Origin: Candidatus Poribacteria bacterium
GTDB taxonomy: Bacteria; Poribacteria; WGA-4E; WGA-3G
Direction of reading: 5' to 3'
Assembly (NCBI GenBank): GCA_022824835.1
Contig: JAJDZB010000001.1
Span: forward strand, 23,318 to 87,317
DNA length: 64,000 nt
A program made the translations under genes and the position numbers. Under the pieces are notes generated by a model. That model was not told the origin of the DNA, ran no database searches, and saw nothing but the letters and a program-made list of their open reading frames with translations. Shown piece by piece: positions 39,338-47,349 of this stretch (the stretch's first letter is position 1; every line of letters begins with the position of its first letter).

Positions 39338-39367
39338 TTGACATACCTCCCTTTAGAATGTTATAAT
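39338..39367 (+). promoter_or_regulatory. Sigma70-type promoter of the TonB-dependent receptor gene
   Basis: TTGACA, 18 bp, TATAAT with TGn. Confidence 0.6.
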
Positions 39368-39401
39368 CTGTATCATTCAATCTGCTCATGAAGGATGTTA
39401 A

Positions 39402-41417
39402 ATGTTCAATCTCAGGTTAACGCATATTACTATATTCCTCATTTTTACACTTGTTACGCTTACAGCTTTCCTACTGCCGGTTGGGGCAGAGGAAGTCCAA
39501 AAACCGATACAGCTTGATAAGATAGTCGTTACACCAGGAAAATTCACAATCTATGAAGGACCTACACCGCAAATTTCAATCTCTAAGACAGAAATTGAAC
39601 AACTCCCTTTGATAGATAATGACATAATGCGGTCGGGACACATATTTCCTGGAGTCATAGCAAGTGACTTTAGTGCGCGTTTTAGTGTCAGAGGGGGGGA
39701 AAAGGACGGTGTCGCAGTCAGATTAGATGGAATTGAACTCTATAATCCTTACCATTTACAAGATTTCGGGGGGGCAATCTCAATTGTTGGACTTGGATTG
39801 ATTTCGCAGGCTGACCTTCTGATGGGAGGATTTCCAGCTGAGTACGGACAGAAAATGTCGGGTGTATTTGACCTTACCTCAAAAGAACCAAACAGGGAAA
39901 AAGTCTCAGCGAATTTCGGATTAGACCTCATCAATGCAACTGCTCAGATTGAAGGACCCTTAACCGATAGAGGTGCATGGATACTATCTGCCCGCCGCGG
40001 TTACGTTGATCTTATCCTTGCGCTCACTGATATTGATGACAGATATAAACTGCAATTTTCCGATGTATACGGAAAGTTTAAGTTGCAAATTACAGATGCT
40101 GACACGCTGACACTTAACGGGTTATACGCTTGGGACTATAACCTTATACGTGCTGATGATGTAAGCAATAATTTAGAGTCTAACTATGGCAACTTGACAA
40201 CGTGGTTAAATTGGCGACACATGTTTGGTACAAACCATTGGACAGATATATATTTCTATGGCGGTTCAGCTGGGCAAGAGAGAGAATCAGGAGATGCTGA
40301 TTTTGATAATCGTGACGTTTTATATTATGGAACAAAGGTAGAACTTACTTCCAACGTTCACGATCAACATACAATCCGAAGCGGCGTTGAGTGGAAATGG
40401 TCGGATGCAAAATATGACTATTTTGCGAAAGAACGTATTGCTGGTATAAACAATTATGATGAAATAGACGTTAACATAAATCAGAGCGGTAATGATATTA
40501 AGTTTTTTCTTCAAGATGAATGGCAAATACATGCTAAACTTGCACTGAATGTCGGTGGACGTTTTATTTATCAGGACTCTCGATTGGATGGTGTATCTAA
40601 CTATGAAATCGGACCTCGGGTAGCGTTGGCTTTCCAAGCAAATGACAATCTTATATTGCGAGGTGCATGGGGTATTTATCATCAGCCTATTGACCTGGTT
40701 TCATTACCAGTGGAAGACGGTATCACTACTGCCGGTTCTGCAGAACAGTCCATACACTATATCCTTGGTTTTGAGTACAGTGCCACTAACAACCTTCTAA
40801 TTAAGCTCGAAGGTTATTACAAACATTATGACAATTTGGTTGGGAGACTCAGAGAATTTGGGAGACAGACCCAAGTGTTCACTCCGCTTGATACTGCAGA
40901 TGTCAAGGGATTTGATCTGTTCACGACGCATGCAGTCTCAAATCGTTTGTCTTGGAGTCTCGGTTACGCATTTGGTATCGCTGAGGAGGAGACTGGAGGG
41001 AGAACGATTTATCGTGAGTCTGACCGAAGACATTCAATTTACTTGAACAGTAACTATCAGTTTGCACCGTCATGGCTGCTATATGTAAGTTGGCGATTCA
41101 ACACGGGAACACCCAGAACACCTCTAATACACGAAAAAGTAGAATCCAACTGTAACCGGCAGTTTGGTGAACCGCATGCAGAAAGATTACCACCCTATCA
41201 CAGTCTCGATTTTCGGATTACAAAACGGAGTATATATAAACGATGGTCGCTTTCATGGTATTTCCAAATACTCAATTTATATAATCGTTCCAACATTGAC
41301 CAATATGCATTCAGTGAAATAAGAGACGAAGACACCAATCAGTTAATTGATTGTTCGGTAGAATCTGAACCACTATTGCCAATTGTTCCGACATTAGGTA
41401 TAACACTAACGTTTTAG
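39402..41417 (+). CDS. TonB-dependent receptor
   Basis: Signal peptide, DKIVVT TonB box, plug motifs FSVRGG and GGFPAEYG..MSGV, FLQDEW, NLYNR, terminal F. Confidence 0.9.
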   Translation: MFNLRLTHITIFLIFTLVTLTAFLLPVGAEEVQKPIQLDKIVVTPGKFTIYEGPTPQISISKTEIEQLPLIDNDIMRSGHIFPGVIASDFSARFSVRGGEKDGVAVRLDGIELYNPYHLQDFGGAISIVGLGLISQADLLMGGFPAEYGQKMSGVFDLTSKEPNREKVSANFGLDLINATAQIEGPLTDRGAWILSARRGYVDLILALTDIDDRYKLQFSDVYGKFKLQITDADTLTLNGLYAWDYNLIRADDVSNNLESNYGNLTTWLNWRHMFGTNHWTDIYFYGGSAGQERESGDADFDNRDVLYYGTKVELTSNVHDQHTIRSGVEWKWSDAKYDYFAKERIAGINNYDEIDVNINQSGNDIKFFLQDEWQIHAKLALNVGGRFIYQDSRLDGVSNYEIGPRVALAFQANDNLILRGAWGIYHQPIDLVSLPVEDGITTAGSAEQSIHYILGFEYSATNNLLIKLEGYYKHYDNLVGRLREFGRQTQVFTPLDTADVKGFDLFTTHAVSNRLSWSLGYAFGIAEEETGGRTIYRESDRRHSIYLNSNYQFAPSWLLYVSWRFNTGTPRTPLIHEKVESNCNRQFGEPHAERLPPYHSLDFRITKRSIYKRWSLSWYFQILNLYNRSNIDQYAFSEIRDEDTNQLIDCSVESEPLLPIVPTLGITLTF

Positions 41418-41450
41418 TTAGGATTACATTGTAGGTTTGAAGCGTAAGAT

Positions 41451-41894
41451 ATGTTGAAGTCTGTTAAGCAAGCATTTGAGAATATTTGGAATAGATTCCG
41501 AAAGAATTCCGATGACACCTATATTCCTAAAGCAGCCCCAAGTGCAGAAGAAGCCATCTTACCGATAGATCCGGAAGAATACACGATCTATCCTTATGAA
41601 CTAAAGCATAAGATGGATATGGGTAGGGATTTTATCCTTCTGGATGTGAGAGATGACTGGGAATTTCAGGTAGTGCATCTTGATGGGGCAGTCTCTATAC
41701 CGCTTGGGGAACTACCGAAACGGTTCGGAGAACTTTCACCTGCAGACGAGATCGTCGTCTATTGTCACAAAGGGATGCGGAGTCTTGATGCAGCATACTT
41801 GCTACAACAACTCGGTTTTAAGTCTACACTAAGTCTTGTGGGTGGTATAGATAAATGGGCATGCGAAATTGATCAAGACATGCAGCGTTATTAA
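41451..41894 (+). CDS. Rhodanese-like sulfurtransferase
   Basis: LLDVR, YCHKGMRS active-site loop, L.GGIDKW. Confidence 0.9.
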   Translation: MLKSVKQAFENIWNRFRKNSDDTYIPKAAPSAEEAILPIDPEEYTIYPYELKHKMDMGRDFILLDVRDDWEFQVVHLDGAVSIPLGELPKRFGELSPADEIVVYCHKGMRSLDAAYLLQQLGFKSTLSLVGGIDKWACEIDQDMQRY

Positions 41895-41983
41895 GACTGC
41901 TCATATCGCATTTCATAACGATATCTATCAAATTATTCAGGCAGGGGACACCGCAGCTTTAGCTCGGTGGGGAATGCCCGCTC

Positions 41984-42991
41984 TTATCTGTATTGAAAGT
42001 TTAGTTTTGTGAGGATGCGAAAACTCTCATATTTCGATCCTCTAACAACCCGCTTAACACTTGAAATTTCACTTAGGTTCAGTCCGCCTCTTGTGTCAAA
42101 CCCTGTCACGCGTAGCAATCCGTGTTTGACATGTTTCACAAGTGTATTCTTGACAATACCTAAACACATTGTGCCACCATATCTGGGTCTTTTGCCACCA
42201 CGCTGCGGGTTCTGTCGGTGCAACTCACGCCTTCTAATCGGTATCGGTGAAATGCTGAATATATCCTTGTTGTCAGGACTCGCATCACCACCAACAATAT
42301 GATAGGCTAAACACCAACTATCAACACAATGTGCCTCAAAGATTGCTGATAGTTTCTGCTTCGATTTCTTGAGACCGAGACTGTCTCTGATCGCTTTTGT
42401 TTCCCAACCTTGCAGTGTTAGCAGAGACCATCGCTTTTTGACCTCCGTATAGAACCACTGCTTACCCACCTCTAACGGACTAAAGGATTGATTCCACTTT
42501 TTGGCACGTTCAATAGTCCGTGCTTTGATATCTTCCACACAAACATGAGTAATAGGATACAACTTGGATAGCCAATCAAGTATCCGAAGTTTCCAATCCC
42601 ATCTTGCGCGCGTGCCAGCAGGGATGCGTTCCTTGTTAGCAAGTCGGTTCGTCCTATTCTTCCGATTTGGACACTTGCGTGAACGTCTACCTCTGCGGAG
42701 TTCGCGTCTTTTCTCAACCTTCTTGCCAACATCTTTGTGTGCATCTGCTTGCACATTCAGATAGGTATAAGCCTCGGATTTCACCGTGAAACCTTCTTTT
42801 TTAGAACCCGGATCAACCCCGACTGCGATCGCTTGTGTTTTACGATCACTCGGTTCTTTGTTGAGTCTAATACAATATATGCCGTTATGCCAATAGGGTG
42901 TTGCCTCGCCACGTTTCACAAGTTTTCTTGCGCGTGCAGCATGCATCGGCATCAATTGTTCTCCGTCTTTCGTCTTAACTGGAACAAACAT
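41984..42991 (-). CDS. isrB: IsrB RNA-guided nickase (PLMP/RRXRR domain, split RuvC, no HNH)
   Basis: QLMP...ARARKLVK, RuvC-I GVDPGSK, bridge helix RRELRRGRRSRK, RuvC-II VEDI, RuvC-III AHCVDS. 335 aa with no CxxC/HNH insert; AAGGAG RBS. Confidence 0.88.
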   Translation of the reverse strand: MFVPVKTKDGEQLMPMHAARARKLVKRGEATPYWHNGIYCIRLNKEPSDRKTQAIAVGVDPGSKKEGFTVKSEAYTYLNVQADAHKDVGKKVEKRRELRRGRRSRKCPNRKNRTNRLANKERIPAGTRARWDWKLRILDWLSKLYPITHVCVEDIKARTIERAKKWNQSFSPLEVGKQWFYTEVKKRWSLLTLQGWETKAIRDSLGLKKSKQKLSAIFEAHCVDSWCLAYHIVGGDASPDNKDIFSISPIPIRRRELHRQNPQRGGKRPRYGGTMCLGIVKNTLVKHVKHGLLRVTGFDTRGGLNLSEISSVKRVVRGSKYESFRILTKLNFQYR

Positions 42992-42999
42992 AAGTTTGT

Positions 43000-43201
43000 T
43001 TTCTCCTTTTCAGGGTATATGTTGCCCCATCCAGATCAGGTATTCGTAGAGGAGTCGGACTTGGGGAGCATCCGAAACATACTATGAGCTGCCACGCCCA
43101 GAACACCCGATATATTACTGTAGTGAAGATCTCAATCCTTGCCTGGGAACGTTTGGCTACGCTATGTCAAAGCACCCACGCTTTAGCAGGGTGATCTTTA
43201 C
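43000..43201 (-). ncRNA. Putative omegaRNA scaffold of IsrB
   Basis: About 200 nt of non-coding leader upstream of isrB, starting GTAAAGATCACCCTGCTAAAGCGTGGGTGCTTTG and containing TCGGATGCTCCCCAAGTCCGA, which resembles OMEGA scaffolds. Boundaries approximate. Confidence 0.65.
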
Positions 43202-43571
43202 TTCAGTGATTTAGTGCTTGAATGATTCATAAACTCGTTCTGCTTGGATTGTTCGTTCTCTTCCTTCAGAATCTGCTTTGTTAGTATAGCACATCTATAT
43301 GCTGGTGTCAAGGTACCTGTAGCCATCATCTCACCGAACTTATTTCGGCCATCCCGATGAATAGCACGACTACGAAAGGTTCTACTGCCGACTGTGAACA
43401 TAGAGGGTTTTAAGAATGAAATACATAAACCTGATTTAGTTGTAACACGTCTGATTTTGTGTTATAATAAAAGGTAAAGTTATAAATCATGTTATAATAT
43501 TATATATAATCGTATTGTATCTTATTATAACTTAAGTTTAACTTGGACTAACCCTATGTAGCACAAACTCT

Positions 43572-43679
43572 ATGAAGTTTAAAGATGAATTTGGTGAGGC
43601 TGTGGCAAGTGGTGTCTATTTTTATAGACTCACCGCAGGCGATTTTTCTGCTACATGCAAGATGTTGATACGGAAGTAA
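43572..43679 (+). pseudogene. Orphan fragment of a FlgD-Ig-like C-terminal tail
   Basis: Translates KDEFGEAVASGVYFYRLTAGDFSATCKMLIRK*, homologous to 6850-6948. Confidence 0.7.
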
Positions 43680-43774
43680 CGCTTTATCTAATAGTCGTTA
43701 CTTCTGTGCCTTCTCCGGATGGACATAGAGGTAACGACCATTTACAAAACAGGAAAACGGATCATCAAAACAAC

Positions 43775-43987
43775 ACTATAATTCAAGGAGCAGGCACAAC
43801 AGGTGAACGCAATGAGTATACATGGACTGATACCACAGCGAAACCCAATACCGTCTACTATTATCAGATAGAAGATGTGTCGCATGCAGGTGTGCGGGAG
43901 CAGTTAGCAACCGTTCGCTTAAGAGGACTTGTCTCCGCAATTGGCAAACTGACTACCATTTGGGCAGATTTGAAAGCTCAAGAGTAA
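43775..43987 (+). pseudogene. Orphan C-terminal fragment of a secreted protein (Fn3-like strands plus KLTTxW tail)
   Basis: IIQGAGTTGERNEYTWTDTTAKPNTVYYYQIEDVS...GKLTTIWADLK, with no signal peptide or credible N-terminus. Confidence 0.6.
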
Positions 43988-44036
43988 AAATAGGTATCAA
44001 TCTCGTAAATTCGTAACAACATAATTTGGAGGAACT

Positions 44037-44861
44037 ATGACAAAGCAAAAAATGACACGACTTTTATTGGTATGCATGCTTTTGTGCTGTTCTTTGCACG
44101 CAAATGATGTACCTGAGGGCATGGTGCTAATACCTGCTGGCGAGTTTGAAATGGGACGTCACGACGGACCTAAAGAAGAACGACCGAAGCATACCGTTTA
44201 CGTAGATGCGTTTTACATGGACATCTACGAAGTAACGAACGCACAATACAAAACATTCATTGATGCCAATCCGCAATGGCAGAAAGAAAACATTGCAGAT
44301 CATTACCACGATGGCACATATCTAAGGTTATGGAATAAGAATAACTACGCACCGGGTAGAGGGAATTATCCCGTTAATTATATCAGTTGGTACGCTGCGA
44401 TGGCTTATGCACAGTGGGCAGAAAAACGGTTACCGACAGAAGCGGAATGGGAGAAAGCTGCTCGCGGCGGTCTGGTCGGTAAAGCATATCCTTGGGGAGA
44501 TGCAACAGATCCTGAACTAGCCAATCATGCCAGGTACATTAATGACACCGAACCTGTTGGGCAGTATGAGCCTAACGGATACGGGTTATACGATATGGCT
44601 GGTAATGTATGGGAATGGTGTTTGGATGAATATGATGCAGAGTTTTATATGAAATCTAAGAAGCGGAATCCCTTCAACAACGGTTCTTTAACAGATGTAA
44701 TAGACAATTTCAAAAATATCAAGACATCTCGTGTCTTCCGAGGTGCTTCTTGGGCAGACAACATCGTTTTTCTACGGGTGGATAACCGTGATGATGGAAT
44801 ACCAAACTATTCAAGTGTCTTTGGCGGATTTCGTTGTGTGTATGTTCCCGGAAAGCGTTAG
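44037..44861 (+). CDS. Formylglycine-generating enzyme (FGE-sulfatase/SUMF1) domain protein
   Basis: IPAGEFEMG, YEVTN, RLPTEAEWEKAARGG, NGYGLYDMAGNVWEW, GFRC; lacks the CxxxxC of true FGE. Confidence 0.9.
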   Translation: MTKQKMTRLLLVCMLLCCSLHANDVPEGMVLIPAGEFEMGRHDGPKEERPKHTVYVDAFYMDIYEVTNAQYKTFIDANPQWQKENIADHYHDGTYLRLWNKNNYAPGRGNYPVNYISWYAAMAYAQWAEKRLPTEAEWEKAARGGLVGKAYPWGDATDPELANHARYINDTEPVGQYEPNGYGLYDMAGNVWEWCLDEYDAEFYMKSKKRNPFNNGSLTDVIDNFKNIKTSRVFRGASWADNIVFLRVDNRDDGIPNYSSVFGGFRCVYVPGKR

Positions 44862-44983
44862 CGATCACATCGCTAACATCACCACAAACTCTTAGTCCCG
44901 TATGAATTTTAAACTTTACTATATTAAAGAATCTTGATAGAATCCTGACAAAATCCGAGTATAGTATAAGGAATAATTTTCCA

Positions 44984-45727
44984 ATGACCGAAGAACAGAA
45001 GTTTATATTTGATCTAAAGGGATATTTGCTAATCCCAGAAGTGTTAACGAGTTCAGAAATAGATGCTATTAAATCGCAAATTGATTCGATACGTACAAAT
45101 CCCGATTCGCTCCCACCGCATGAACGCCAATTCCCAGGCGGTGCGTCTTCGGTGCTGATTGACCATCCCGTTATAATGGACATTCTCACGGAGATTCTGG
45201 GTGAAATTCGGATGGAATCCAGCTGGTTCACCTATCGTTCTATGGGTAATGGTGGACCGCCACCCCACGGTGGTGTCCGAAATGTTAATCCTAACTTTAG
45301 CTATCAGTGCACCAACGGGAAAATATATTCTGCTTTGACACGAGTCGTTTTTGAACTGAACGAAGTCCAAGCAGGTGAAGGTGGAACACTATTTCTGCCA
45401 GGGAGTCATAAAGCCAACTTCCATATTCCAGAATCCCATCGCACGACAGATTCACCACTTTTTGAGAGTTATAGTTGTCCTCCCGGCTCCGCGATTATCT
45501 TCACAGAGAATCTTTGTCACTCTGGAGATACATGGAAGAATCCCGACCGTCCACGAATCGCTATCTTCAACTGTTATAATTTTGTTGGGTGTCAATTTCA
45601 TAGACCGACAGTCCCAAAACATATTATTGATGGGTTGCCCCCAGAGAAGCAAGCATTTTTCAGGAACGTCTGGGTTTGGAATCAAGGTGGACCTGACAAC
45701 GGTAAGAATCTGCGTTATGATGGTTGA
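44984..45727 (+). CDS. Phytanoyl-CoA dioxygenase (PhyH) family Fe(II)/2-oxoglutarate enzyme
   Basis: FDLKGYL, PHGG, GGTLFLPGSHK, G..IIFTENLCHSG, distal R. Confidence 0.85.
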   Translation: MTEEQKFIFDLKGYLLIPEVLTSSEIDAIKSQIDSIRTNPDSLPPHERQFPGGASSVLIDHPVIMDILTEILGEIRMESSWFTYRSMGNGGPPPHGGVRNVNPNFSYQCTNGKIYSALTRVVFELNEVQAGEGGTLFLPGSHKANFHIPESHRTTDSPLFESYSCPPGSAIIFTENLCHSGDTWKNPDRPRIAIFNCYNFVGCQFHRPTVPKHIIDGLPPEKQAFFRNVWVWNQGGPDNGKNLRYDG

Positions 45728-45799
45728 AGTGTAAGAGGTCGCAATAATGAGAATATTTACTCGTGAAATCAAATAGTAAATTAGCAGAAGGAATAATAC

Positions 45800-46822
45800 A
45801 TGGAAATTAGAGAAGTCGTCGTAACGGGTCAAAACCAGGTAGAACTACAAACCGCGATAATGGATACATCAATTCTCTCTCCAAATGAAGTTATAATTGA
45901 TACGGAATATACGTTCATTAGCAGCGGGACAGAATTGGCAAACTATACCGGTAGAGAACCGAAAGTTTTTCAGCAAGGGACGTGGTGTGCTTATCCGTGG
46001 CGTTCCGGTTATGCAAACGTTGGAATTGTGCGTGATGTAGGGGCGAACGTTACGCGTGTGTCTCCTGGAACCCGCGTCTTTACTTATGGACGACACGCAT
46101 CCACGATTCGTTACACGCCTGATAGATTGATTGTACCTGTTAGAGATACCATAGACCACGGTGTTGTCGCTGCCTCACGGATGGCAGGTGTAGCGATGAC
46201 CTCTATCATTGTATCGGAGATTGGCACACAACCAAACGTCATTGTGTTCGGATTAGGACTTGTTGGTAATCTGGCAGCCCAGATGTTTCAGATCCATGGA
46301 TGTCGTGTTATTGGCGTTGATCCGGTAGAAGCAAGACGAAAATTGGCAGAAAGGTGCGGTATAAAAGAGACCATCGGTGGTAATGCAGATGAAGTACAAG
46401 AACAGATTAGAGAGATTACCAAGGGTAAGATGGGTAATATCACTGTTGATGCGGTTGGACATAGCAGTGTCGTGATGCAGGCACTACGGGCAACTGCAAA
46501 TTACGGACAACTGGTTATCCTCGGATCTCCGCGTGTTTCTGTTACGGGCAACCTAACAGAACTTCTCTCTGATATACATCTTCGCTGGATTACTATGCGT
46601 GGTGCGTTGGAATGGTGTGTCCCGATGTATTCTGATACAGGCATTGACACATCGCAATTCAGCAAGCAACAGACTATATTTGACTGGATTGAACGGGAAC
46701 AGTTGCATGTTGAACCGTTAATTTCGCACCGTTTAAAACCTGAACTGATAAAACGTGCCTATGATGGATTGCTAAATGAACCGGATGTGTATACGGGTGT
46801 TGTTTTGGATTGGAATGCGTAG
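45800..46822 (+). CDS. MDR superfamily (zinc-binding dehydrogenase-like) oxidoreductase
   Basis: ISSGTE, GYANVG.V, Rossmann GLGLVG, VDAVG. Confidence 0.85.
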   Translation: MEIREVVVTGQNQVELQTAIMDTSILSPNEVIIDTEYTFISSGTELANYTGREPKVFQQGTWCAYPWRSGYANVGIVRDVGANVTRVSPGTRVFTYGRHASTIRYTPDRLIVPVRDTIDHGVVAASRMAGVAMTSIIVSEIGTQPNVIVFGLGLVGNLAAQMFQIHGCRVIGVDPVEARRKLAERCGIKETIGGNADEVQEQIREITKGKMGNITVDAVGHSSVVMQALRATANYGQLVILGSPRVSVTGNLTELLSDIHLRWITMRGALEWCVPMYSDTGIDTSQFSKQQTIFDWIEREQLHVEPLISHRLKPELIKRAYDGLLNEPDVYTGVVLDWNA

Positions 46823-46849
46823 GTTGGATGATAGGTCAAATAAATATTC

Positions 46850-46878
46850 TTGAAATTCTTGACAATATATGATATAAT
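46850..46878 (+). promoter_or_regulatory. Sigma70-type promoter of rpsO-pnp
   Basis: TTGAAA, 17 bp, TATAAT with TGn. Confidence 0.6.
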
Positions 46879-47017
46879 TATCGTATATATGCAAATGAAT
46901 ATCTAACAATTACGGAGATTTAGGCACGGCATAATTACATCCGTCGTGCTTTGTTCTATCATGATATATGCATAATGTTTACGACAGAGTACATTATGAA
47001 ATAAGGAGGTGAATAGA

Positions 47018-47308
47018 TTGGCAATTGATGCATCAAAAAAACGCGAATTGATTGAAAAACACCAGTTACATGATCGAGACACCGGTTCACCCGAGGCACA
47101 AGTGGCAGTATTGAATGCTCGTATTCAAGAATTGACGCAACATTTTCAGACGCATAAAAAAGACCATCATTCAAGATACGGACTTTTTAGGTTAGTGGGA
47201 AAACAGCGCCGTTTATTAAGATATCTCTATAAAAAGGATGTCCCTCGGTACTATCGTCTCATTAATGAACTCGGAATTCGCGACACAATCGGTTCACAGA
47301 CAAGTTGA
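47018..47308 (+). CDS. rpsO: 30S ribosomal protein S15
   Basis: [33 protein letters not shown] start 7 nt after AAGGAGGT. Confidence 0.97.
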   Translation: MAIDASKKRELIEKHQLHDRDTGSPEAQVAVLNARIQELTQHFQTHKKDHHSRYGLFRLVGKQRRLLRYLYKKDVPRYYRLINELGIRDTIGSQTS

Positions 47309-47349
47309 GTATGCCACCGTAAGCATTTTGTGTATGAGGAGGAAATTGA

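Larger units (their letters stand above)
41932..43201 (-). mobile_element. Non-autonomous IS200/IS605-superfamily OMEGA element carrying isrB
   Basis: Matching subterminal hairpins with a GCTTTAGC core: CACCGCAGCTTTAGCTCGGTG (41949-41969) and CACCCACGCTTTAGCAGGGTG (43173-43193). No tnpA in the window. Exact ends are inferred. Confidence 0.75.

Noticed and set aside
41984-42991. Cas9, IscB or TnpB call for the RuvC protein
   Set aside because: No HNH domain or zinc finger; the PLMP-like N-terminus and 335-aa size fit IsrB.
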